Source: Deltaproteobacteria bacterium (GTDB taxonomy: Bacteria > Myxococcota > JACRCW01). From it: a stretch of 64,000 nucleotides of DNA. Position numbers and translations under genes: made by a program. The notes beneath the pieces were generated by a model. It made no database searches. It was not told the origin of the DNA and saw only the letters and a program-made list of their open reading frames with translations. Positions 48,871 to 58,612 of the stretch are shown here, piece by piece. How positions within the stretch are numbered: the stretch's first letter is position 1; each line of letters begins with the position of its first letter. The DNA is taken from the NCBI GenBank assembly GCA_016218805.1, contig JACRCW010000065.1, forward strand, positions 1 to 64,000, given 5' to 3'.

Positions 48871-49632
48871 ATGATGCACATGACCGTGGTGGTTCTGCTG
48901 GGGTTGGGAATGCAGGACGCGGCCCGGCCGCCCAAGGGTGGGGCGGCCAAGGCGCCGGAGAAGGCCGCGCCGCTGTCCGTGGGCGAAGGCAAGGTCACGC
49001 AGACGCCGCTGGGACTGGACGCCGTGGACGAGCCCCGCAAGGCCGCGGAGGCCTACCTCAAGGCGTTGTCCGGCCAGGGCGACGACACCGCGCGCGACAC
49101 GCTGCTGGGCGGGGCCACGCTCAACGCCCGCCTGGAGACGCTGCCCAACTGGAAGATTGTTTCCCGTGAACCCGGCCAGGTGGAGCTGGGTGAACTGGCC
49201 GACGTGGCAACCAACATGGAGAACCTGGACAAGGAGGGCCGCATGGCGCTGGCCAAGATGCTGGGCGGCGGGCCCGCCTCGGATCCTGACGGGCTGTCCA
49301 TGCAGGAGCTGGACGCTGAGCAGGCGCAGCAGCTGCTGGCGCCCACCAAGGCGCGCGCCGCCGCGTTCCAGAAGAGCCACCCGGTGTTTGCCTACGTGGC
49401 CCGCGTGGACCGCGAGGTGTACTGGCACCCCAAAAACCCGGTGCGGAAGCTCATTGCGGATGCCGGCAGCAAGGGGCGCTACCAGCTGGATTTCCACCTG
49501 TTCAAGGTGGAGGTGCTGGAGGGCGCGCAAAAGAAGTCCCGCGTCTGGCCCCTGCGCCTGCTCCGCCTGCGCACGGACAAGCTGGACACCGGCTGGCGCG
49601 TGCTGCCCGCGTCAGATTGGAACGCGGAGTAG
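48871..49632 (+). CDS. Hypothetical secreted protein
   Basis: Signal-like N-terminus, host-like codon usage. Confidence 0.7.
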   Translation: MMHMTVVVLLGLGMQDAARPPKGGAAKAPEKAAPLSVGEGKVTQTPLGLDAVDEPRKAAEAYLKALSGQGDDTARDTLLGGATLNARLETLPNWKIVSREPGQVELGELADVATNMENLDKEGRMALAKMLGGGPASDPDGLSMQELDAEQAQQLLAPTKARAAAFQKSHPVFAYVARVDREVYWHPKNPVRKLIADAGSKGRYQLDFHLFKVEVLEGAQKKSRVWPLRLLRLRTDKLDTGWRVLPASDWNAE

Positions 49633-49636
49633 GCCC

Positions 49637-50332
49637 TCAGCCCGGCGTACCCGCGGGTGTGGTGGCGGGTGGAGTCGTGGAGGGGCCATCCACCAGGCTG
49701 GGCGGAACGTCCCCCTGCTCCACGCGCTTGCGCGTGAGCACCCGCGCCTCGTTCAGCGCCGCCAACCACTCCGCGCTGAGGTCCTCCACCGCCTTGCGCT
49801 GCGCCGGCTCAAGGAACAGGGACTGCTGCACCAGGATCTCCACGGAGTCGTCCGCGCGGTCCAACATCACGGTCAACTCCGCCCGGCACCTGCGGGTGTT
49901 GGTGCCGGCCAGCGCCGCCTCCGCCTTCTCCTTGGCCACGGTCTTTGATTCCGACTCCATGGCGGCCAGCGTGTTGACCGGGAAGTCCACCACCGCGGGC
50001 GCCAGACCCCGCCCCAGCAGCATCTCCTTCCGCATCTCCACCAGCGGTTTGATGTTCGCCAGGAACTCTTTGGCTTCCTTGGGCGACTCAACCTGCCCCA
50101 GGCCGTAGCCCGCCACCTTGAGCAGTTCGTCCCGGCGCGTCTTGTCCTTGGTGGAAAACGCCGTCCGCTCAATCACCCGCCGCCACGGGCCCAGCTTCTC
50201 CAGGTGCACCCCGGCCGCGGCCAGCGCCGCCGTGACTTTCGCTTCCTCCTTGAACTTGTCCCCCGGCGGTTTGCGTGCATTCAGTTGGCAGGAGGTGACC
50301 CATGGTGACGCGCGTCCCCATCCTCTTGTCAT
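49637..50332 (-). CDS. Hypothetical helical protein, start unclear (possibly 5'-truncated)
   Basis: Coding-like from about 50270 downward; N-terminus overlaps the RBS/start of the divergent gene. Confidence 0.5.
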   Translation of the reverse strand: MTRGWGRASPWVTSCQLNARKPPGDKFKEEAKVTAALAAAGVHLEKLGPWRRVIERTAFSTKDKTRRDELLKVAGYGLGQVESPKEAKEFLANIKPLVEMRKEMLLGRGLAPAVVDFPVNTLAAMESESKTVAKEKAEAALAGTNTRRCRAELTVMLDRADDSVEILVQQSLFLEPAQRKAVEDLSAEWLAALNEARVLTRKRVEQGDVPPSLVDGPSTTPPATTPAGTPG

Positions 50333-51063
50333 TGGCCGGCCTGCTGGGTCTCGCTGCGGGGTGCCGCGGTGACGCTGGAAGCGAGAAGTTGTTTCCGCCG
50401 CTTGAGCCTGCCGTGCTCGACTCGGCGAATTTCATTGCCTGGGTTTCGCTGGCAGACGCCGACGGAGAGGCTTGTCCGGAAGTGAGTTCCTGCCCGGCGG
50501 CAGCGGGTGTGCGGGTGGCGTATCATGTCGAGACCGCCGAGGTAGGGGCGAACTTCTCAGATGGCACCCTGGTCCTTCGGCCGGAGGCATGGCGCGCGGT
50601 GCGGGACTATGTCGGCGCGAACACCGTCCGAGGGCTTCTGCTCGCGGATGTCTACGACCCCGTGGGGACCTACTCGGTTTGCGGCTACACAGCCCCCGCG
50701 GCCAACTTCGCCTGGGTTCCAGAAGGGCGCCGTGCAGGGATGGGAGGTGCCTTGATGGTGGTTTCTCGAGACGGCGAGGGGGTCATTGGGTGGGACATGA
50801 TTCTAGCTATTTCCACCCGACCTGGATGGGACGTGGATGCGGTGGCCAAGCAGAACCATGAGGTCCTATCGATGGCAGAGGCCCACCAGGTCATTCGCGA
50901 CTCGCTGGCACGGGTACCCTCCCGTCCGGCGTGGACCAACTGGCAGCTGCAAGCGGGACAACTACCTGAACAACTCGCCCAACCCGCGGCCTGGTCCTAC
51001 CGATGTCTTGGCACCGGACCTGGGCAGGCGGCCAGCGGGGTGCAGCAGGATGGTGGCGGGTGA
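50302..51063 (+). CDS. Hypothetical lipoprotein
   Basis: GGAGG RBS; LAAGC lipobox; less GC-biased codons. Confidence 0.6.
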   Translation: MVTRVPILLSLAGLLGLAAGCRGDAGSEKLFPPLEPAVLDSANFIAWVSLADADGEACPEVSSCPAAAGVRVAYHVETAEVGANFSDGTLVLRPEAWRAVRDYVGANTVRGLLLADVYDPVGTYSVCGYTAPAANFAWVPEGRRAGMGGALMVVSRDGEGVIGWDMILAISTRPGWDVDAVAKQNHEVLSMAEAHQVIRDSLARVPSRPAWTNWQLQAGQLPEQLAQPAAWSYRCLGTGPGQAASGVQQDGGG

Positions 51064-51349
51064 GAACGGCGAACCGCGGCGCGCTGCGCTTTCCCCCGCG
51101 CGCCCAGGTTATCGGTGTCAACGTGCCTGAACCCCATGGCGGGGTGTCGCCCTGCGAACTGGGCCTCACCGGACGGCTTTCCGGGGGTCACCCGTGCCTG
51201 GTTCCGGGGGCTGGATGTAGGTGGGTGGAGTCACAGGTGGGGGTAGGCGGGGGTCACCGGCGGGGCTGTTGGGGGTCACCGCCCAGGCAAAAGGGGGTCA
51301 CCAGGTAGGTGGCGGGACCGCACCTGTAGGTGGAAGTGGGGGCACCAAG

Positions 51350-51480
51350 CCGTCGCCGGGGGTCACGGACGGGTCGCCGGGGGTCACGGAAGGGTCGCCG
51401 GGGGTCACGGAAGGGTCGCCGGGGGTCATGGATAGGGTCGCCGGGGGTCACGGAAGGGGCGCCTGGGGGCACGGATAGGG
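51350..51480. repeat. 21-bp tandem repeat (about GGGTCGCCGGGGGTCACGGAA), about 5-6 copies
   Basis: Adjacent near-identical units, with degenerate GGGGGTCAC copies upstream from about 51183. Confidence 0.85.
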
Positions 51481-52138
51481 TCCGGGGCGGTCACCGGGCG
51501 GTCGCCAGGGCCCACGGATGCCTCGCGCGGGGGCTGCGCTGCAGGAGGCACTCCTGCGGGGCGCTGGGCCTCGCGGGCTGGCCCAGGGGGCTGACGAATC
51601 CCGCGGCCGGTGGTTGCGGCCAGTGCCGCCCGGGTGACTATGGAGGGATTTCGGGCGCGCGCACGTACGGGCGGGCAGGGAGCCGGCACGCGACCTCCCC
51701 ATTGGGTCCGCAGAACAGGTCAAACCTTCACCACAGGCCCGTGGCACGCTGCTCCCAGCTCAGCCGGCAAGGCGACACAGGTGGTTCCGCCATCCAGGCT
51801 GGCCGTGCAATCGCTGGCGGCCGCGTTGCACGGGAGGTCCACGGGCGAGCAGGGTTCCCCGACTGTAGGTCGCGCGACGCATCGCCGCGTGCCCCCTTCG
51901 CTCGCGCACAACATCGTCGTCAGGCCGTTTCAGGCACCAGCGCCGCGCCATAAAGTCGATCTGACCCATTGTGTCGCACTGGTCCCAACCGCTGGCGGCC
52001 CCTCGTTGGTCAGTCTGTTTCTGTGGGAGTCGCGTTGAAGCCGAGGCGCCCTTGCGACCGCACAGACAAACGGAAGACTCAAGAATCTGCAGATGTGCCG
52101 ACGCGGAATGTGTAGGTCGGTTGCGTAGCCACGGCCGG

Positions 52139-52158
52139 ACCCCCCCGATCGGGGGGGT
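52139..52158. promoter_or_regulatory. 20-bp palindromic operator-like box, copy 1
   Basis: ACCCCCCCGATCGGGGGGGT, perfect; upstream of kinase ATG 52227. Confidence 0.8.
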
Positions 52159-52226
52159 GTAGAGGGGAACCGTTCCGGTACCCTGCCCGGCCCGCCCTCG
52201 GGCTGGAGCGGGCGGAGGGGTACGCC

Positions 52227-53174
52227 ATGGAGGAGACGCCTTCTCTTCAGATTGGCAGCGGCGCGCACCAGGGGAGTGGCCTCCGGCACGCGCTGTGGGT
52301 GTCCGGTGCGTACCTGGTGGCGGCCCTCAGCTATGCCTGGGTGGCGGCGTGGTGGGCCAGTGCCACCGCCCGGACCGCGCCGGAGCGCGGAGGGCTGGAG
52401 CGGGGAGCGGTGCTCGCATGGGTGGTGGTGACCAGTGGGCTGCTATTGGGGTTGCTGTTGCGCCACCACCGCGGCCGCCAGCGTGATGCGGCCCTGCTGG
52501 CGCGCATGGAGCGGGCGGTGATGGTCAACGAGCAGCGCGCGCTGGCGGGGGTGATGGCCGCGTCCACGGCGCATGATGCGAACAACGCGATGACCGTGCT
52601 GCTTGCCGACCTGACAGGCAGCCCGGACGACCCGGATGCCGGGGAACGGCGCGCGGAAGCGCTGGCGTGCGGCCAACGCATCATGGAGATCCTACGCCGC
52701 CTGGCGGTCACCCAGGGCGCCGGCGGTGATGAGGCGCGGAGCGTGGACCTGGGACGCCTGGTGCAGGAAGCAGTGGATGCCGCACGGCGTCACCCGGGCG
52801 TAGGGGACTGCCAGGTGCGCGTGGTGGGAAGCCTGGACGCGCCGGTGGACGCCGTTCCCGCACTGGTGCACCAGATGGTGGCCAACCTGGTCATCAACGC
52901 GGGTGAAGCCACCGGCGGCGCGGGGACCATTGAGGTCCGCCTGCAGCCGGGTCCGGACGGTGCGCATCTGGAAGTGCATGACGATGGACCGGGAGTGCCC
53001 ATGGAGCGCCGGCAGACGCTGTTCTCCAGCATGCTCACCACCAAGCCGGACGGCACGGGGCTGGGCCTGTTCTCGGTCCGGGTCTGCGCCCAGGTGCACG
53101 GCGGCCGCGTGGACGTGGGCGACTCCGACCTGGGCGGCGCGTGTTTTCGGGTGCTGTTGCCGCAGCGCCGGTGA
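52227..53174 (+). CDS. Membrane sensor histidine kinase
   Basis: Two TMs, AHDANN H-box, NLVINA, DDGPG, TTKPDGTGLGL. Confidence 0.92.
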   Translation: MEETPSLQIGSGAHQGSGLRHALWVSGAYLVAALSYAWVAAWWASATARTAPERGGLERGAVLAWVVVTSGLLLGLLLRHHRGRQRDAALLARMERAVMVNEQRALAGVMAASTAHDANNAMTVLLADLTGSPDDPDAGERRAEALACGQRIMEILRRLAVTQGAGGDEARSVDLGRLVQEAVDAARRHPGVGDCQVRVVGSLDAPVDAVPALVHQMVANLVINAGEATGGAGTIEVRLQPGPDGAHLEVHDDGPGVPMERRQTLFSSMLTTKPDGTGLGLFSVRVCAQVHGGRVDVGDSDLGGACFRVLLPQRR

Positions 53175-53196
53175 GCCCCCGGCAGCCGTGGCGGCT

Positions 53197-54213
53197 TCAG
53201 CTGCCGGTGGGCCGCGGCACGTGTTCCCCGGCCAGGGCGCGCGCCAACTCAACCCGGTTGGACACCTCCAGGCTGGTGTACACCTCGCGCAGGTACCACC
53301 GGACCGTGTTGCGCGTGAGCCGCACCGCGTCGGCAATTTCGCGGATGGACATCCCAGCCGCTGCAAGCTCCGCCACTTCCCGCTGGGAACGGGGCAGGGC
53401 GGCCTCCGGACGGCGGCGCACCGCGGCCGCATGCCCCAGGCGCGCCAGGTAACGGACGCCACCGGGTCCGTCCAGCCGCACCATCCGCACCAGGGCCTGG
53501 CGCAGCGCCAACACCCCTTCCTGTTCGGCGCCCTGGTCCATGGCCCGCGCGTTCTTCTCCAGCAGCACGCGCAACTCCGGCCACTGCAGCCAGGCGCGCG
53601 CGCTTTCTGACGCCGACTCCACGCTCCCATCCGGCAGCAACATCACAAACGCGGGGGCCCCGGTGACCTCCCCGCGCGCCAGCGCGTCCGCCGCGCACAG
53701 GGCGCTCACGGCCCCTTCCACCAACGGGTCAAGCTGGCGGCGGTCCTCCCGTCCAAACCGCGGTGCCCCACGCCGGCGTACCCCACCCAGCCAGCCCACA
53801 AACTGGTTGCCGCAGTACACCAGCAGGCGCAATTGGTCCGCCAGGCCGTGCGGCGCGTAGATCCTGCGGAACACGGGACTCTGTTCAATCTCGTCGCGCA
53901 GCCCCATGGCGGACCATTCCACAAAGGACCGGGTGGACCGGGGTTCAGGCGTCTGCAGGTTGAGAAAGCTCTCGCCCGGCCAGGGGGCGCGGGCCAGCGG
54001 GGACATGATCCGGTCCACCAGCCCGTCATCACCGTCCGCCTGCCATTCAGACAGGTGCGTCTTCCCGTCCACGTCAGCCAACGAATAGAACAATGAGAAA
54101 TCCATCCCGGCGACGGTCCGGATGGCGGTCAGCACCTCGGCACGGATGGCGCGGGCGTCCGTTCCGTGCAGCGTCTTCAGGCGCCGGCCAACCTTCGCGG
54201 GACTGCATTCCAT
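53197..54213 (-). CDS. LuxR-family HTH regulator with N-terminal GAF/autoinducer-binding-like domain
   Basis: LPRSQREVAELAAAGMSIREIA..TRNTVRWYLREVYTSLEVSNRVEL; start MECSPAK. Confidence 0.88.
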   Translation of the reverse strand: MECSPAKVGRRLKTLHGTDARAIRAEVLTAIRTVAGMDFSLFYSLADVDGKTHLSEWQADGDDGLVDRIMSPLARAPWPGESFLNLQTPEPRSTRSFVEWSAMGLRDEIEQSPVFRRIYAPHGLADQLRLLVYCGNQFVGWLGGVRRRGAPRFGREDRRQLDPLVEGAVSALCAADALARGEVTGAPAFVMLLPDGSVESASESARAWLQWPELRVLLEKNARAMDQGAEQEGVLALRQALVRMVRLDGPGGVRYLARLGHAAAVRRRPEAALPRSQREVAELAAAGMSIREIADAVRLTRNTVRWYLREVYTSLEVSNRVELARALAGEHVPRPTGS

Positions 54214-54278
54214 GCGACACGCTCCTGGGGCGGACCGGGATGCTAGCGGGCGCGTGCTCGCGCGCCCAACCACGCCGG

Positions 54279-54298
54279 ACCCCCCCGATCGGGGGGGT
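54279..54298. promoter_or_regulatory. 20-bp palindromic operator-like box, copy 2
   Basis: ACCCCCCCGATCGGGGGGGT in the divergent luxR / luxI-like intergenic region. Confidence 0.82.
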
Positions 54299-54350
54299 GA
54301 CACATCACATACCGCCACCTACCTGTCGCCGCCTTTCCAGGAGGCACCTC

Positions 54351-55112
54351 TTGAACAACTTGCGACTCATCACGATTGACGGTTTCTACCCGTGCGCGGA
54401 ATCCGCCCTGGCGCGCCAGCTGATGGGCGGGCTGGTGCAGCTGCGTCAGCGCGGCTACGGCGCAGACTACCCCAGCAACTACCTGCCGTTGGACGCGTCC
54501 GACTTTGTCTGCACCCAGCACCTGTTTGTGCGGGAGGACGCGCTGGAACCCGTGGCCGGCTGGCGCGAAGTGTCCTTGCACCGGTGCCGCCAACACGGCC
54601 TGGAACTGCCGCTGCTGCGCACGGTCCGCGAGTCCGGCAGCCCCGACCACGCCGCCGCGCTGCAGGAGCTGGTGGATGCGGCGGACGCCCGCGGCGCTGA
54701 CGTGGTGTACGCGTCCGGGTTCACCGTCCCCAAGGCGCTGCGCGGGCCGGATGCGGTGTCCGGCACCGTCAAGGAACTGGTGGCCGCCATGCACGCGGCG
54801 GATGCCCCGCACCATGAGGGCACCGTGCGCGTGACAGGAAGCGTGCCCCGGTTCCGTGTTTGTACTCTTTACGCATCCATGGGCTACCACCCCATGCGGC
54901 GCGCCGGCGTGGAGCTGCCTCCCTTCCACAAGGCCTCCGCCGGCGGCGAGCCGGTGCGCCTGCTCCAATACACTGGCGTCACCGACTGGAGCCGCCAGTG
55001 CCTGGCGCGCCACCGTGACGTGCTGGCCACGCGCCTGGTGGTGCGCGGCCGTCCCCCGTTCCAACCCACACCGTCCACCAAGGAGATCCCCCACCATGTC
55101 CTACGTTCTTGA
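54351..55112 (+). CDS. Putative LuxI/N-acyltransferase-like (GNAT-fold) protein
   Basis: TTG start with AGGAGG RBS; QLRQRGY, LPLDASDF..H, AGWR, VYASGFTV, LYASMGY echo the LuxI motif order. Confidence 0.55.
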   Translation: MNNLRLITIDGFYPCAESALARQLMGGLVQLRQRGYGADYPSNYLPLDASDFVCTQHLFVREDALEPVAGWREVSLHRCRQHGLELPLLRTVRESGSPDHAAALQELVDAADARGADVVYASGFTVPKALRGPDAVSGTVKELVAAMHAADAPHHEGTVRVTGSVPRFRVCTLYASMGYHPMRRAGVELPPFHKASAGGEPVRLLQYTGVTDWSRQCLARHRDVLATRLVVRGRPPFQPTPSTKEIPHHVLRS

Positions 55113-55896
55113 AGCCTCTGCAGAGTTTGACCGCCTGGAGCGCCAGGCCGCGCTCCCCGGCTATGACTTCCACCGGGAATTGGCACTTGCCGGCGTATCC
55201 CCCCGGCCCGGGCACGCCATCCTGGATGCGGGCTGCGGCTCCGGCGTGGTCACGCGCCACCTGGCCCGCAGCCACCCGCAGTGCACCGTGACCGGCTGTG
55301 ACCTGGGCGCTGACCGGTTGGCCAGCGCCGCGCGCCTGGCGCGCGACATCCCCAACATCACCTTCTCCCACCAGGACCTGGCCCGGCTGGATTTCCCGGC
55401 GGAGTCCTTTGACCTGGTGTTCTGCCGCTATGTGCTGCAGCACGTGTCGCCGGAGGGCCGTGCGTCTGCGGTGGCCGAGTTCAAGCGCTGCCTGCGGCCG
55501 GGCGGCAAGGCCTGCCTGGTGGACTTTGACGGTACTTTGTACAACCTACACCCCCAGACGCCGCTGCTTTCCCACCTGCTGGGCCGGCTGGAACGCGAAT
55601 TCCCGGTGGACCTGCGCATTGGCCGCAAGCTGCCGGCCATGCTGGTGGACGCGGGCTTCTCCAACGTCCGCTGGCGCATTGACACGGTGGAATGCACCGG
55701 CCCCCGCCTGGAGGAGGAGGTGGGCCTCACCGAGGAGCGGCTCACCCACGCGCTGGAACCGCTCGCTGTGTTCTTTGGCAGCCGGGCGGTCGCCTGCCAG
55801 TTCCGGGACGAGTACCTGGCGGCGCTCCAGGTGGACGGCGCGGTGCTGTTCTACAACAAGTTCGTCGTGACGGGCGTGAACGAGCGCCCCTGCTGA
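55096..55896 (+). CDS. Class I SAM-dependent methyltransferase
   Basis: ILDAGCGSG, GCDLG, FDLVFCRYVLQH, LRPGG; AAGGAG RBS. Confidence 0.92.
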   Translation: MSYVLEASAEFDRLERQAALPGYDFHRELALAGVSPRPGHAILDAGCGSGVVTRHLARSHPQCTVTGCDLGADRLASAARLARDIPNITFSHQDLARLDFPAESFDLVFCRYVLQHVSPEGRASAVAEFKRCLRPGGKACLVDFDGTLYNLHPQTPLLSHLLGRLEREFPVDLRIGRKLPAMLVDAGFSNVRWRIDTVECTGPRLEEEVGLTEERLTHALEPLAVFFGSRAVACQFRDEYLAALQVDGAVLFYNKFVVTGVNERPC

Positions 55897-55959
55897 CGGA
55901 CGCACTGGCGCCTTGACAGCGTCCGCGGCTTTCGCGACACCCACGTCGCGAGGGCTGTC

Positions 55960-56724
55960 ATGTTTTTCCGCGAGTTGAACGCCGCCGCACCCCGAACCAT
56001 CGTCCTTGTGCATGGCCAGCTGTTTGATGGAGCGGTCTTTGACGGCGTGACGGCCACACTGGCGGGGCAGTTCCGTGTGCTGGTGCCGGACCTCCCCGGC
56101 TATGGCCGGTCGCCCCTGGACGGGGCGGCCGGCGTGGCGGATGTCCAGGACCGGCTCGGCCGCGAATTGCGCGCGCGCGTGAAGGGGCCGCTGGTGCTGG
56201 TTGGGTTTTCGCTGGGCGCCTACCACGCGCTGGCCCTGCTCACCCGCGGCCTGCTGGCGCCCGCCGGGCTGGCGCTGCTGGCGCCGGTGGTGGGCCTGTC
56301 CGACGACAAACGCGCACAGTTCCGGCAGAACCTGGCCGCGTGCCAGGCCGCGCCCGGCGCGGTGGCCGACGTCATTGCCTCCATCATGCATGCTCCCGCC
56401 TTCCTGGCGGGCCGGCCGGACCGTGCGGCGGCCACGCGGGCGCGTTTCACCGCCACCGCCATGGACACCATCACCTGGGACCTGCAGGCCGCGCTGGATA
56501 TGCCGGATCTGTCCCCACAACTGGGGTCGGTGGCGGTCCCGGTGCTGGTCCGCGTGGGAGCCTTGGACCAGGCGGTCCCGCCAGCATTGGGCCGCGCCAT
56601 CGCCGCGGCGCTGCCCCATGCCCAACTCCGTGAATGTGCGGGCGTGGGCCACCTGCAGATGATTGAAGACCCGGCGGGCCTGGCGGAGGACCTCAGCCGG
56701 TTTGCCGGCAGCGTGCTGCCGTAG
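55960..56724 (+). CDS. Alpha/beta hydrolase
   Basis: VHG, DLPGYG, GFSLG nucleophile elbow, GALD, GH. Confidence 0.92.
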   Translation: MFFRELNAAAPRTIVLVHGQLFDGAVFDGVTATLAGQFRVLVPDLPGYGRSPLDGAAGVADVQDRLGRELRARVKGPLVLVGFSLGAYHALALLTRGLLAPAGLALLAPVVGLSDDKRAQFRQNLAACQAAPGAVADVIASIMHAPAFLAGRPDRAAATRARFTATAMDTITWDLQAALDMPDLSPQLGSVAVPVLVRVGALDQAVPPALGRAIAAALPHAQLRECAGVGHLQMIEDPAGLAEDLSRFAGSVLP

Positions 56725-56726
56725 GG

Positions 56727-57272
56727 TCAGGGACCCGTCTGCGGCGGGACGTACTCGGTCACGCGCAGGCGGAACACCTCGCCGCGGACCTCGCGGGTGT
56801 TGGCCCACCCCGCCACATACAGCCCGTCGTAGGGCGTGTCGCGCTCGGGGAGCAGGACCACGCAGTCCTCATCCTGGCCCGCGGCCTGGCGGCAGCCGCC
56901 CAACACCGTCTGCCCGTTGAGGCCGGTCCCCTCCGCGTTGAGCACGCCCAGGCGGAAGTCCAGGTCCTCCGCCTCCGTGCCGCTTTCGAAGTGCACCTGG
57001 AGCCGCCAGCGGCAGCCCGCGGGCGTGGGCGAACTGGCGCACCCGGCGGCCGGAAAGGTGTCCGGCACCTTCCACCACAGCGTCCCCACGCCGGACATGC
57101 GGCAGTAGCTGCCCACCTGTTCCACATTGAGCTCCAGGCCCACCGCCTCCGCAGGGGAGCGGTTGAGGGGTGCCTGCTCACACGGGTCCACCACGCTGCC
57201 GGAGTCCCGCGCACCGCCGGGAAACGCGGAGCACGCGCCCAACAGCGCCAACATCGGGGCTGGCCATCGCAT
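56727..57272 (-). CDS. Hypothetical lipoprotein
   Basis: MRWPAPMLALLGAC lipobox. Confidence 0.6.
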   Translation of the reverse strand: MRWPAPMLALLGACSAFPGGARDSGSVVDPCEQAPLNRSPAEAVGLELNVEQVGSYCRMSGVGTLWWKVPDTFPAAGCASSPTPAGCRWRLQVHFESGTEAEDLDFRLGVLNAEGTGLNGQTVLGGCRQAAGQDEDCVVLLPERDTPYDGLYVAGWANTREVRGEVFRLRVTEYVPPQTGP

Positions 57273-57370
57273 GCCGCCGTTCTTGCCCCCGCCCGTCCCG
57301 GTGCGCAAGGGGTGCGTCGGCGCGTGGCCCGGTGGAGCCCACTCCACCGGAGGACCGAGAAATCGCTCCG

Positions 57371-57390
57371 ACCCCCCCGTTCGGGGGGTT
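57371..57390. promoter_or_regulatory. 20-bp palindromic operator-like box, copy 3 (two changes)
   Basis: ACCCCCCCGTTCGGGGGGTT between the divergent lipoprotein and terpene synthase genes. Confidence 0.75.
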
Positions 57391-57468
57391 ACGGCGAATT
57401 GGGCAGACCTTCTAGCTTGCGCACATCCCGAGAACCGCACGTTGCGGCTCCACCACGAGGTCCACGCC

Positions 57469-58572
57469 ATGCACGCCCACCATCATGGCCAGCAACTCCG
57501 GATCGCCTCTGCCAATGAGGCGCGCGCCTTGCCCACATTGGATTCGCCGCGTTTCCAGGCGTGGGTGCCGGAACACTGGCGCTGCCCGGTACGCCGCAAC
57601 CCGCACGCCGCGGCCGTGGAGGCCGCCGTGCTTTCCTGGTTCTTTGACCTGGGGTGTTCTCCGGCAGAACTGGCCCGTGCGCGGAAGTTTGACGCGGCCG
57701 GCTACGTGGGGATGCCCTTTCCGCTGCTCTCCAAACACCACGCGCTGCGCATCGGGAAGTACCTGTCTTTGTGGCTGTTGTGGGATGACGTTCACGTGGA
57801 GAACCTGGAGAACCGCTGGCGGTTGACCAGCGCGCACCTCCTCTCCAACGTCCGGCCGCCGCACATGACCCGGTTTGATGAGGGATGGTGGCAGCTGTTC
57901 CAGGAATTCGCCGCGGAGCGCAGCCCCCGCTGGTTGGATGCCCTGTGCGCAGCCATGACCGCGTGGAGCATTGCCGCCGTGGATGAGGCGCTGATGGTCC
58001 GCCGCTTCCGTGAACTGGGCGAAGTGCCGTCCTTTGAGCACCAACTGCAGGTGCGCATCGCCACCATTGGGATGTTCGCCACCGTGTACCTGCTCGAGGA
58101 CGGCTATGGCTACGAACTGCCCGTGGACTTTCACGCGCATCCCACCGTGCAGCGCATGACGGTGCTCGCCAACCAGATTGTCGGGCTGGGCAATGACCTT
58201 CTCAGCTGCGCCAAGGACATTGTGGAGGGCCAGCTCAATCTGGTCACCACGCTGATGCACGAGCGCGCCCTGGGTCCAGCCGCGGCGCTGGAGACCGTCA
58301 TCCAACTGCATGACGAGTCACTTCAGGAATACGACCAGCTTGCCGCCACGCTGGGCACCTGGTCCCCGGCGGCGGACCCGTACATTGCACGGTGGGTCCA
58401 GGACGTGCGGTACGCATCCCTGGGCTTCACGCTGTGGGAGGCGCAGGCGCCGCGATATTCCGCGCACCGTCTCGTTGTAGATGGCGCCGTGGTGGAGCCC
58501 TCCTTCCTGTTTGTGCCGGTCTTGGGGAGCGGCACAGCCGCGCCCCCGGACCCCCCTCCCCGTATCCACTGA
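57469..58572 (+). CDS. Class I terpene synthase
   Basis: WDDVHVE (DDxxxE), RIATIG effector triad, NDLLSCAKD (NSE), WEAQAPRY (WxxxxxRY); GAGG RBS. Confidence 0.9.
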   Translation: MHAHHHGQQLRIASANEARALPTLDSPRFQAWVPEHWRCPVRRNPHAAAVEAAVLSWFFDLGCSPAELARARKFDAAGYVGMPFPLLSKHHALRIGKYLSLWLLWDDVHVENLENRWRLTSAHLLSNVRPPHMTRFDEGWWQLFQEFAAERSPRWLDALCAAMTAWSIAAVDEALMVRRFRELGEVPSFEHQLQVRIATIGMFATVYLLEDGYGYELPVDFHAHPTVQRMTVLANQIVGLGNDLLSCAKDIVEGQLNLVTTLMHERALGPAAALETVIQLHDESLQEYDQLAATLGTWSPAADPYIARWVQDVRYASLGFTLWEAQAPRYSAHRLVVDGAVVEPSFLFVPVLGSGTAAPPDPPPRIH

Positions 58573-58612
58573 GCCGTCCCGCGCCTTCCCGCCAGCAGTC
58601 CCGGAGTCCTCC

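Noticed and set aside
51350..51480. Possible CRISPR array
   Set aside because: Units are directly adjacent with no unique spacers, and no cas genes are present.
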